A stretch of 64,000 nt of DNA from Macrostomum hystrix. Taxonomy: Eukaryota > Animalia > Platyhelminthes. The stretch lies in contig CATNEN010000001.1 in NCBI GenBank assembly GCA_950097015.1, forward strand, positions 22,258,001-22,322,000, written 5' to 3'. The stretch's first letter is position 1. The number at the start of each line of letters is the position of its first letter. The translations under genes and the position numbers were made by a program. Of the stretch, positions 50,101 through 61,300 are shown piece by piece. The notes under the pieces were generated by a model. It was not told the origin of the DNA and did no database searches. It saw nothing but the letters and a program-made list of their open reading frames with translations.

Positions 50101-52861
50101 CATAAAAAAGGATTGGGATCTGATTGGAAAGGATTGGGATCTCAAAGAAGAGGATTGGGACCTGATGGGAGAGGATTGAGACTGATGGGAGATGGTAATT
50201 ATCTACAGCGGGGTGTCGAATGTTGCCGAAAACATAAAAACAAACAGCATAGTCAGTTCACTCACGCATTGAATAAAGTAGGCCTGAAATATTCGCATAA
50301 ACTCCAACGTGACCTGCAGCGAGATGGGCACAATAGTGTGGAACATAATAAAGCAGGTGATTAGAACCGAGCCGAAATGTCCGACACTGATCTCTGCAAG
50401 GTAAAGTCATTGTTTGACGATTTGAAGGATGTGACATTTGTGGGTAACGTAAGTGGAATGCCACTAAATGGTCTAATTATGTCAACTGACGGTTGTTAGT
50501 GATGTACCAAGCCAGAGGCCCAATCTTGCTAGTCCAGATCATATTGGCAATTGTGGTGAACAGGGTAAAGAAGGCCAATATGAGCAGCAGCAGCAGGAAG
50601 TAGCGATTCGATTCGCGTTCGACTCGCGACCTCTTCAACGGCACAGGCTTTGAATTCTTCATCACTTTGGTGTCAGCTCCGGTGTACACAACCAGGCCGA
50701 TGACGTAACTGGTCTTGCGCAGGCAGGTGCCGCGCATTAGCAGCTGATTAAGACTCACAGAATGACGCTCCTGGTCCATGTAGAGGGAGCCCTTGAACTT
50801 GGTTGTGTCATCGTCAGGAGGCTCGCAGACCAGATGGCCCTGGAGGGACTGCAACTGCACAGGCTGCTTGTAATCCGCTGTGGCAGACAGTGACTGGCGG
50901 ACCTGGGGAGCGTAATGACAATGGGATCTGTTGGGATTAAGTGAATGGGATCCGGTGGGGTCAACAAGGTATCAGGTGGGATTAACATGATATCAAGTGG
51001 GATTAATGTGGTGTTAGGTAGGATAATAATTGGAACAGGTGGGATGTGATCAGGTGAGGTCTACATGGGATAATGTGGGTTTAAGATGGAATAAGGTGTG
51101 GCTAAAATGGTATTAACATAGGATCAGGTGGGATTAACATGGGATCAGGTGGGGTCAACATGGGATAATGTGGGTTTAAGATGGAATAAGGTGTGGCTAA
51201 AATGGTATTAACATGGGATCAGGTAGGATTAACCTGGTATCAGGTGGGATTAACATGGGATCAGGTGGGGTCAACATGGGATAATGTGGGTTTAAGATGG
51301 AATAAGGTGTGGCTAAAATGGTATTAACATAGGATCAGGTGGGATTAACATGGGATCAGGTGGGGTCAACATGGGATAATGTGGGTTTAAGATGGAATAA
51401 GGTGTGGCTAAAATGGTATTAACATGGGATCAGGTAGGATTAACCTGGTATCAGGTGGGATTAACATGGGATCAGGTGGGGTCAACATGGGATAATGTGG
51501 GTTTAAGATGGAATAAGGTGTGGCTAAAATGGTATTAACATAGGATCAGGTGGGATTAACATGGGATCAGGTGGGGTCAACATGGGATAATGTGGGTTTA
51601 AGATGGAATAAGGTGTGGCTAAAATGGGATTATCATGGATCATGTAGGATTAAAATGGGATCAGGAGAGATTACAATGGATTCTTGTACAATTACTAACC
51701 TTTAAGTTGGTTTCCCCATCCAAATTAGCCGTCTCGATGTAACATATTCCTTTAGGCTCGGAGCTGGCCAACAATAGAATATCGGCTGGCAACAGGCAGT
51801 TATGCTCCACCATAAGCAGGTCGCCAACCTGCACGTGCTGCCATTTGGCGTCCTGCCAGGAGCCGTGACGCAGCAGCTTAGTGCGCGAGTTGTTCACCCG
51901 CCTGTCAGTTCGCATGCGATTCTAAGAAAGGTCGGGACAGCGTTGGCAGTGGAAACAAGTTTGATAATGAAACAAATTGAGCTTTAGATGAAATAATTAT
52001 CTTACCCAATCTTCGACGACCTCCTTAATGGCGGTAAGCAGCATGATGATGGATAGTGGCACAGCCGTCGTGAACCGGCCGGTTGGCGATATGCCCGGGA
52101 TTTGCTGACGAAGTTTAATAGAGAAGACAGGATTAACTTTTCTCAATTAGCTACGTTCCTAACAACAGATAAATAGCTTCGAGTGGGGACGGATTCGAGT
52201 TGAGATGGGATTGAGTGGGATTTGATTCGAGTTGGGATGGGATTCGAGTTGGGATGGGATTCGAGTTGGGATGGGATTCGAGTTGGGATGGGATTCGAGT
52301 TGGGATGGGATTGAGTGGGATTGGATTCGAGTTGGGATGGGATTCGAGTTGGGATGGGATTCGAGTTGGGATGGGATTTGAGTTGGGATGGGATTCGAGT
52401 TGGGATGGGATTGAGTGGGATTGGATTCGAGTTGGGATGGGATTGAGTGGGATGGGATTCGAGTTGGGATGGGATTGAGTGAATAGATTCGAGTTGGGAT
52501 GGGATTGAGTAAATGGATTCGAGTTGGGATGGGACGGGCGAAAGTAAGGGATTAAAATAAAGTAGAGCGATCAAACTCAGGTGTTTTTTCGGGTAGGATT
52601 AATTAAATAATAGGACAGCATTTACAATAAAAGCAGCGAGAGCGGCCTACCTGAAGCAGCGCAATGAGAAAGAAAAATGCATTTGGTGCTTTGCGGAATT
52701 GTTCAAATAGAAATTTCGGCCAAAACGTTGCCATGGTGTACTTCGTGGTGCTTATCGAATTGGACCTAAACTGGGCTCGACCTTCAGCATCGGCCCGGTT
52801 CAGATGAATCAAGCGTTCCTTGTATGCAGCCGATTGCAGACTGGAGTGCTGGCGGCTAGGC

Positions 52862-52892
<31 letters not shown>

Positions 52893-55199
52893 CCGCCGAT
52901 TGCTGCTGCAGTGGCACATACCCTGAGAATGAGTTTAAATACCGGTTAAACAAGTTAATTCAGCATCTAAGCAATTAAGGTTAATTGAGACACTTCAGAG
53001 TGATATTACAAAGACAAAATAAAAACTCAATTAGTAGAAATGTAAATGTAGCCGGGCCAGGTTACTGATAGAATGCGAGATAAAATTTATTAAACAAACA
53101 GCAACCAATAATTAAACTAGGCCAAACATTTCAATTTTTTATTAGAAAAGCTACATAAACCAATGAGCAAAACATTACTGATGATAAATGTTATATGTGG
53201 GGTGTTGATAAATTGTTGTTAATTAGCACTATATTGTCAAGAATTGGGCACTGCTAATAAAGTAGCTACAGGCTACAAATAATTTCAACTGCTGCCTAAA
53301 TACTGTTAAATTGCCACCAGCTATCAGTACTCAGAGGATCAATAGCAAATAATTTACCCTGATATTTGGATTCTTTCAATCTAAAAAACTGAAATGATAG
53401 AATTTGGGTGAAAGGAAAACTCTAAATAAAAGTGTATTTAAAATTATATTTATTTCAACTATATATATATTAATAATAACTGGATAAACTCTTCTAGTGA
53501 AAAAATTCAATACTTTAAAATCTAGGGATAGTGTACTTTTATCAAATTTTAAATCCATATATTGTAGCTTTTACTGCCGTACATCAAAGGTCAAACTTAA
53601 TCTTAAGAAGAGGGGTTAAATATAGAAAAATTTGTCAGCATTCTCTTCAAAAAACTGGTTATCAGAATTTTTTATGTAGGGTTATTTTTCATTTTTACGT
53701 TACATTTCTTAGAAACATTTTCCTGCGAAAATTTATTATTTTGTTTTACTTTACGAAACTTTGTTTTAATGCACAAAATTTTGTCTAACTGCACTGAAAA
53801 ATAAAGGTTTTAATGAAGTCGCGGATGTGGGGGGAAATTCTACTATAAATACACAAGTGAAAGAGAGAGAAAAGTAACCTCGTGCCTGACAAAGTTCAGA
53901 ATAAAGAAAGCTTGAATTTGAAGTGTTCGTGTTAAAGTTATTTGAGAAAAAGAGACATTGCAAAAGAGAAGTAAATAGAGTGAAGAGAAAGCTGTAAATC
54001 TAGATCCACTGGAAAGCCCTATGAAGCGGACTGCAGATTGAAATTGAAGACGGACTGAAGATTTAATTGAAGGTTAACTGAATAATAATTGAAGAGTGCT
54101 AAAGACTGATAAAGACGGATAAAGACGGATAAAGACTGATAAAGACTGATAAAGACGGATAAAGATTGATACAAAGTACTTATAGAAATAATACAGTAAA
54201 GTTATAAGTAGAAGGGAATATAAAGGAGAGATACCAGCCATACTGAAAGTATAACGCTACCATATTTGAATACATAAATGCTACCAATTTGAATTGAGAT
54301 AAGAAATACATAAAGCGAATAAGTAAAGACAATACTAAAATTGACATAAGATAGTACTTGAATAAAAGAAGCCTAGAACAACTTTAGTGACAGCAGTAGC
54401 ATTAATTTAGCCCTACAACAACTTTGGTGGCATTGTTAGAATTAATATTGAATCAGAGGGAAGCCCTAGGACATTTTTATGAACAGGGCTAGAGTAGTCT
54501 AGGCCAAATTTTAGTGACCTGAGCTCAGTTCTTGGATTTATTTAATTTAATCATTACTCTGTTCATATCAATTATAAGCTTTAGCTTATTTTACTTTAAT
54601 CTGAATCTAATTTGTTCATTATATAACGGGCGAATTGTTCTCTGCTGATCATTGGGAAACATTGAGTTGTTTTTCTGCTGTTGAGGGAGGGCATTGATTT
54701 ATTGCTAAGGGGGATGTTGGTTTGCTGTTTTTAGGGGAAGAAAGCTTTTGTTTCTTTTATACTTGAGACATAGGTTCACTGCTTAGCTAAATGGGGACAT
54801 TGTCCATTGGTTCTCTGCTGCTTTGGGGCAAGAAGAACTGCTTCACTGCTTTAGCTGAGGTTGCTACCACTGAAAGGAATATTTTTGGCCACAGAGAGGG
54901 GCACAAGAAAGCTTATTGGCTATAACTAGCTATAACTTGGCCTACACTGTAGCTAAATAAACTATGATAGCTATAAATCCAACCAAGTCCAGTCACTATG
55001 CTTAGTCTATAGATTAAGAGACTTGACAGTTATGTATTTATATATATATAATGTATCACCTATAGGCCTATATCAGCATTTAACCATTTCCTAATCCCAA
55101 CTCTAAAAACAATTGTGAATTGTATAACACATTAGGCCTGATATAAAAAGATGTATACCTACTTTGGCCATCTTGAACGTCCTCGGTTGTATGGCTCAT
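38174..55199 (-). CDS. ATP8A: P4-ATPase phospholipid flippase, ATP8A/Drs2 clade; exons 55163-55199 (tentative), 52651-52922, 52006-52104, 51700-51921, 50491-50901, 50266-50393, 49152-49592, 48122-48241, 47804-48025, 45566-45910, 44322-44690, 43326-43987, 40708-40910, 38174-38265
   Basis: [45 protein letters not shown] and C-terminal GYAFS; GT-AG junctions in frame. Confidence 0.93.
38385..38985 (+). repeat. 33-bp minisatellite containing CCTAACCCTAA
   Basis: TTACCCACCTAACCCTAAACTGGTGATGGGTCA, ~15 units plus a diverged tail. Confidence 0.95.
39560..40540 (+). repeat. 18-bp minisatellite GGATTGGGGA(A/T)TATAGGA
   Basis: Tandem units with a higher-order variant pattern and graded edges. Confidence 0.95.
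40990..42270 (+). repeat. 29/30-bp minisatellite GAGAATTGGAGCACAGTGG...
   Basis: Two interleaved unit variants. Confidence 0.95.
42620..42840 (-). mobile_element. SINE family 2 with CORE-like domain
   Basis: GGTACCCATTTAACAGCTGGGTGAACTG and GTAAAGTGTCTTGCC (reverse complement of CORE-like sequence) plus a tRNA head. Confidence 0.75.
42880..43120 (-). mobile_element. SINE family 1
   Basis: Matches the family consensus. Confidence 0.9.
43126..43306 (+). repeat. (GACA)n microsatellite
   Basis: Read directly from the sequence. Confidence 0.97.
44030..44275 (-). mobile_element. SINE family 2 with head, partial CORE, 3' tail and an internal deletion
   Basis: A/B boxes, TTGTGTCCTTTAGTAAGACACTTTAC and an AT-rich tail. 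Confidence 0.85.
44780..45555 (+). repeat. 16-bp minisatellite GGTGAATCAGGCAGTT with 7-bp sub-duplications
   Basis: Fills flippase intron 10 up to ~10 bp from the donor. Confidence 0.95.
46070..46580 (+). repeat. 30-bp minisatellite TATGAGCAAACTATGGATTATGATCACCAG
   Basis: About 17 units. Confidence 0.95.
47150..47720 (+). repeat. ~40-bp minisatellite ACAACCTCACTCCACCACTTTGATTGGTTAAGAGACTACA
   Basis: About 14 units, degenerating leftwards. Confidence 0.9.
48344..49121. mobile_element. Degenerate hAT-type non-autonomous element enclosing a diverged TCTCATCTCTCC array (48452-49025)
   Basis: CAGAGGTCCGGAACCT..CGTCCGCAGGCCAGATGCGGCCC at left after atgTAgga; GTCAATTTGGCCCGCGG at right. Confidence 0.6.
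49680..50190 (+). repeat. 21-bp minisatellite GGATTGGGATCTGATGGGAGA / ...CATAAAAAA
   Basis: Two alternating variants. Confidence 0.93.
50920..51665 (+). repeat. Higher-order repeat: ~21-bp monomers in alternating 95/116-bp blocks (211-bp period)
   Basis: TAATGTGGGTTTAAG at 51071, 51166, 51282, 51377, 51493 and 51588. Confidence 0.9.
52185..52535 (+). repeat. 17-bp G-rich minisatellite GGGATTCGAGTTGGGAT
   Basis: Tandem units with closely spaced GGG runs. Confidence 0.93.
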
Positions 55200-56094
55200 A
55201 ACGAACTGAACGTTTAGAGGCACAGAAGCATAACTCTATAACTAATTAATAAAAGTAGGTAGGCTTCCTGTCATGTGTAAAATACTGACGTCAAAGCTTG
55301 AAAACATTTCTGACAGACTGAAGACCTGTCAGTTACTTTATAGATGAGCGGAAAGCACAAATTACAAATTAAGAAGAAATAAAGAAGAAATATTAAAAAT
55401 AAATTCGGGCTAACATTTTTTCTAGCAGTCTATAGAGTCTCTATGCGAAAAAATAACGGAAAAATACTTCTTAGAAAATAAAAAAGACCTGACAAAAAAT
55501 GCTGCACAGAACAAGATGCTGTCTATGCACAGCTTCCAATTCGGATAATAGTTTGTCTAATCTTTCAGTGGAACTAATTAAACTATAGTCATGTATGGCA
55601 GTTCTTGGTAGTGCCTAACTTTAATGTTGTTAAAATGCTCAGCTAAGTAAACAATTTGAAGTTAAAACATCAGCAGTAGAAGGACTGATGCGAAATTTCA
55701 GCACAAAATCAGCGTTGCAGAGATAATTTTGTCTGGGCATGTAGTAATTCCGTGCGAGACTGTATTTAAATATTTGCCTCAACGTACCACCGATACGATC
55801 AACGTGCGCGTGGGGGCATCTAGGTGAGACTCAGTAACAGATGTAGTACATGGTAGATTGCCAGCCAAAGCGATACATGAGTGCTGGTGGCATTCTTTTG
55901 CTCGAGAAAGTAAGAAATTTCGCTGTGCTAATGCATTAGAGTACGGTATTATCGGGAAGAAACGCGCCGTTACGGCATACGGCATGCTTGCACCCCGATA
56001 TTATCGGTGCCATTTGGTTCATCTCTTCCGATCATTTGGTTCAGCTGCCACTTGGGTGCTTTCCTCATGAAGCGGTCAAAATTAGAGGTTCCGT

Positions 56095-56302
56095 GGCCTC
56101 CTCTGCAACCTGATTAGGGCCTGCATTACTCTTGGCCGTCTCGGGTCCGTACCCAGGTCCTGGCAGCAAGCCACCATCGTCATCATCCCCACACATGATA
56201 AGTAAAGGACTACCAGTCCGCCAAAGCTTTGGCATTAGCTTGATCCCCCCATCAGCTTAACATCCTTCTGTTTCAAGCTGCTGGAAAGGCTAGTTCTTTG
56301 AA
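56095..56302 (+). pseudogene. Non-LTR retrotransposon reverse-transcriptase N-terminal fragment (LOA/R1-like), disrupted
   Basis: LLCNLIRACITLG..VPRSWQQATIVIIP...KDYQSAK...PISLTSFCFKLLERLV, with stops and frameshifts. Confidence 0.8.
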
Positions 56303-56689
56303 GCCTCCTACACGTTGAGCTAAGGAACTCGCTGCTCTCCGCCAACCAGCAACCTTTCGGTCTTCGGTCTTCGGTCTTTCCATCGAAAGTGTTTGTCGAC
56401 AAGCGCGCCGTGTTTCGCATAGAGCATAGACGGTGCCTTCGACAGTGTGCTCTTTGAAGGCTATAACCATTATTATCGCATCATCAATGTACGCGTGCCC
56501 AATGTACATCCTGCGCATGCATATCATGTCCCTCTTTATCGATAATATATCGTCAAGTGAAATGCTTAGTAGGGTTCAATTTGTGATTCAGCAAATGTCT
56601 CGTCTCTCGTGTCAGTCACTACACTGGCGTCGCAAGCAGGATGTAAATTGGGCACGCGTACATTGATGATACGATAATATCAACAAGGG

Positions 56690-57240
56690 TGGCGTCGAGG
56701 ACCTCTGTCCACTGCCAAAGGTGGGTGTGCCACCCGTGTTGCAGAACTTAATATCAGTGGTGCAGATGTAGGCAAGGAGATCCTCACCTCTATTACTACA
56801 GTTGTTACTACAGTTAGAAGTAACACTGCCCCAGTAGGTGTGGTGGGCGTTAATGTCGCCCGCCACCAGCAGCTCAAAGTTACGGAGTTACGGTCTGAGC
56901 AGTAGTCCACAAGGGAAGTGAGACTGGGCGGAACCGCGGGACCGTCACCAGGAAGGTAGATAGAGGCGATGATGACGGTGCGGTTCGGGAGATGTGGTTG
57001 GTTTGGATGACACAGAGGTCTCGGTCAGAGAGGTCCGGTCTGTGCCAAGCTTTGAGATCGGTAGTCGCGAACACAGCGGCCCTGGGGTTTGGGGGCATTA
57101 AAAGACAGTCAAAACCAACAGGAATGTTCGGAATCTTACATTTCTTCGTCCAGGGCCCCTGGTGGAGGATGTTGCTCAGATTTACGAAATCCACCACACG
57201 CGTCAGGTTGGTCGAGGCGGATATCACGGATAAATTTTCT
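56690..57240 (-). pseudogene. Non-LTR retrotransposon APE endonuclease fragment, frameshifted
   Basis: HQGPW..PRAAV..DRDLC, then AGDINAHHTYWGS..NRGEDLL..CNTGGTPTF. Confidence 0.85.
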
Positions 57241-57669
57241 AACGACCTTGCGGCAATGAATATTTCATTTGCACTTTAGCTAAAGTCTATTTAAAAGGCC
57301 ATGTAACAAAATTGATGACAAGAGAGAATGCAAAAACTTTCAACGCTTGTTTTGTAAAACAAAAGAAATGTTTATTTTATTTTTTTATTTCATTGCGTAG
57401 GTGTGGCAGTTGCCAAATTCGCAACGCTACAAAATGCCGGATTATAAAAACTGAAAATTAGAATCCGACAGACTAGAAAGATTTGCTTTACGTAGTAAAA
57501 AATGTTTTAGCTTAACAAAGAAGAGAAAACTATTAAGAAAGCGATAAATATATTGCAAGATCTTTGTGCTTTGCTGTGTGCGCTTAAACTGATTATTAGA
57601 TGCATGAACGGTTGAAAACGACTAGAAAATATAAATTCTATAATAGAATATACTCGTACAATCAGTTGG

Positions 57670-57830
57670 ACCACGTGTACAGCTGTTCAGTCCATGGACT
57701 GGGGATGCCGCCACGACACGCACTCTCGAATTTCTAGCCGAGCATTTTACAGCATGGCGAAATCAGGCCAACTCAGAAACTTAAGTACCTAGATGCGAAC
57801 TCACGACCTCTTAGATTACAAGCCTTAACT
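57670..57830 (-). mobile_element. SINE family 2 fragment
   Basis: GTACAGCTGTTCAGTCCATGGACTGGGGA plus a degenerate head. Confidence 0.55.
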
Positions 57831-58301
57831 ACAATAAAAGCAAAAAAATAATAATCAAACTGTGGATTTTACAGCGGAACAGATTTCGCATCACGTCAAG
57901 ACTCACAGAAATTTATAGCCTTAATGGTAGAATATCTGCTTTGCTTTGTTACATTGGAGGCTTAAAAGCTTTTCAAACGCAGCAAGCGTGAAAAAAAATT
58001 ATTTATTTATCAGCAAAATAATTTGCAATAGTCGAACCAGATCAGCGTATTTTGTTAGGGCAGGATATTTTCCCCATTTTCCTGATTGGGTAGTTGCGAT
58101 GGTAAATCCTTCACAAGCTAAATTTGTCAATTCCTACTTACGCTACTGGAGTCAAGAAGTTTTACTACTGGAGTTTTTCTATAAGAATTTCTACGAAAGA
58201 AGAGCGCATGAAATCTAGTTTTAAACCGAAACATTTATCCTTTAAGGATCAGTTAGACATCCGCATCAGCCACACACACAATGCCCCGGACTTTTCCAGG
58301 T

Positions 58302-61300
58302 TTACAGTGGCGGTAGGCGACCAAAGCGTGACATCGGAGTCGGCGCCGGGACTTGTTGCTGCGTCGTTGCGTTGTCCGCGAGTATCGAATCGCCGTCTAT
58401 AGGCCAAGCGGCCAGCAGAGAGTCGGCTTGGCCAGCCACCGGACTGGTGGGGCCCATGGCCAGCAGAGTCGCCTGATAGTCTGGTGGCGGCGACTCAGAT
58501 GGCGGCGGAGCGGAAGGGACAACGATCGAATTGCTGACTGGTATGGCCGTGGCGGTGGCAGTGGTGGCCGCGGTTGGCTGTCTCGGAATCTGCCTCGGTC
58601 GCTCTCCGCCGCCGCCGAAGACAACGCTATCATCAGCCACGGTGAAAATGGCAAAGTCGGTGAAGTTCTGACCATTCTGCAGGTCCGGCTTCACTGAGGC
58701 TACGGAACCGGATGGCTGCTCGGATCTGGCGGTGCTGGGGTCGTCGGCTTGTTCGTCGAAGCCGATGATGTCAATCTGTTAAATTGCACGTTTTTTACAG
58801 TCAAACTACCTGGATTTGGTTGCCATGAAACGGATTCTCACATTTCTCTTCTGTGTTTTTGTCCTGATCCTCTGATAGATACAAATAGCATATAGTCTAT
58901 GTACAGGGTCAGATGTACAGCCGCAGCTATTGCGCTGAACTTCCTCATCTCTCCCATGTCTCATCTCTCCCGTGTCTCATCTCTCCCGTGTCTCATCTCT
59001 CCCGTGTCTCATCTCTCCCGTGTCTCATCTCTCCCGTGTCTCATCTCTCCCGTGTCTCATCTCTCCCGTGTCTCATCTCTCCCGTGTCTCATCTCTCCCG
59101 TGTCTCATCTCTCCCGTGTCTCATCTCTCCCGTGTCTCATCTCTCCCGTGTCTCATCTCTCCCGTGTCTCATCTCTCCCGTGTCTCATCTCTCCCGTGTC
59201 TCATCTCTCCCGTGTCTCATCTCTCCCGTGTCTCATCTCTCCCGTGTCTCATCTCTCCCGTGTCTCATCTCTCCCGTGTCTCATCTCTCCCGTGTCTCAT
59301 CTCTCCCGTGTCTCATCTCTCCCGTGTCTCATCTCTCCCGTGTCTCATCTCTCCCGTGTCTCATCTCTCCCGTGTCTCATCTCTCCCGTGTCTCATCTCT
59401 CCCGTGTCTCATCTCTCCCGTGTCTCATCTCTCCCGTGTCTCATCTCTCCCGTGTCTCATCTCTCCCGTGTCTCATCTCTCCCGTGTCTCATCTCTCCCG
59501 TGTCTCATCTCTCCCGTGTCTCATCTCTCCCGTTTCTTATCTCTCCTCTCTCGTAACACTCGTAACCATTTTACAGCTGGGCGAACTGAAGCAGTAAGGA
59601 ATATTGTGTCATGCTCAGGGATGCAAACTGTTTCTATTGGGCTATGATTAGAACTCACGACTTCTTTGTCAGAGTTCGAATCGCTCTAACCACTGCGCTA
59701 TGAGCAGCCTGAAAGCACAAAAACCTGGATTTAAATGTAAGTGTTTATGGTCCCAAAATTGACACAATGTTCTATTACGACTGTAATAAAAAAAATAAAT
59801 AAAAATAATAATTGCTGGAGGGCTGTCCATTACGCAAACTCCTAAGCACACACGCTCACACAGGTGTGTACATCTGCCCTGACTTTCTCATCGTCGGGCA
59901 GTGTACACTCCCACTGTGCATTTGTCATCGGCCCTCAATAGCGTAAATTACACGACAAGCCCCCAAGTAAATGTGGCCCCGTTGCAAAATCGAACATAGG
60001 GACCTTAGTGCGAGAGGCAAACGCGTTAAAGCCGCTGTGCCACCGACCTCTATTAAGAGGTCAGATTGCGGTGGTCGAGCGCATCGTTTAATAAACAAAC
60101 ACAAAATCTGCCTCACCTGCGATGTTTTAATGTGAAAAGGGAAGTTTTTATTGGCCAGATTGGGCCAGGTGTGGGCCAGGTAGAAAACTAGAGCAGCTAG
60201 TTGCACCACCAGCTCAACAAAGTTGGCCACCTTCTCTCTCAAGTAGTCGGGCACGCGAGTCATGTTGATTGCTATGGTTACCGGGATGGCAATAAACCAC
60301 AGGGTGTAATAGATCATCATCGGTATGTAGAACACGCGCTTCGATCCGTGCTTGACGATTGTGCGAATGCAACAGGCCAGGTACAACACCCAGGCGGCCA
60401 GGATTAATGCGATTATGCCGTAGCCGGCTGGGCTCTCCCACCTGTACAGTATCAGCGCCGGATCAAATGTGGCGGCCTGAACCACGTAGAGAGCGATGTA
60501 CGCGATGACAAAGGCGCTCATGAGTGCGGCGATGAGGGTGCTGGCCCAGGTGGGCAGCCGGCCACAGGTGACGGTGTAGCCGAGGCTTAGCAGGTTCAGC
60601 ATCAGTACGAAACTGATTTGTGAGGCTGCGTATAGGCCGGCAGCTGTGGAATTGCCATTTTTTACTCTTGGCTTGGTAGTTACAGGTAACACTCCTATCT
60701 AACAGGTAACTTTTCTGTCTAACAGGTGAAACCTGTCTAACAGATGGCACTCCTGTCTAACAGGTAAATTTCCTGTCTAACAAGTGACACTATTATCTAA
60801 CAAGTGACACTATTATCTATCAGGTGACACTCCTATCTATCAGGTAACACTCATGTCTAACATGTGACACTCCTGTTTAACAGGTGACACTCTTTTCTGA
60901 CAGGTGGTAAACCTGTCTAACATTCTTGGTCGCAAAGGATTTGAGTATAGTCTCACCAAAGTTAATTAGTCCCTCGCTCTTGTCGCCAGTGAGACCATAG
61001 CTCAGGTAGGCAATGGTCGTGAACACAACTGACAGGAAAAACAGAATGACAGAAGCCAGGAAGATCTTGTAGGTGGTGTGAAACATTTGCATCTTGGCCA
61101 GTCGAACTGTGAGTTGTAAAAAGCTAACTATAGTAGAAACTCAGAAGGCTCGCGAATAAAAAAGTTTGTGATAAACCAAATCACTCACGTGACACGTAGA
61201 TAGCCAAAATTAGCAGGATAAATATGATAAACAAGAAAACCAGGTTAAACTCGAGAATATCTGAAAGTGTTTTTATGAGATCCCAAATTTCAGACATAAA

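Noticed and set aside
53360-53980. Possible mitochondrial insertion (AT-rich, hydrophobic-looking frames)
   Set aside because: No convincing mitochondrial protein or rRNA motif by eye; BLASTN against the mitogenome would decide.
2877-59647. Long repetitive ORFs in the track ([37 protein letters not shown] and others)
   Set aside because: They are stop-free translations of minisatellites, open in several frames and mostly inside introns of reconstructed genes.
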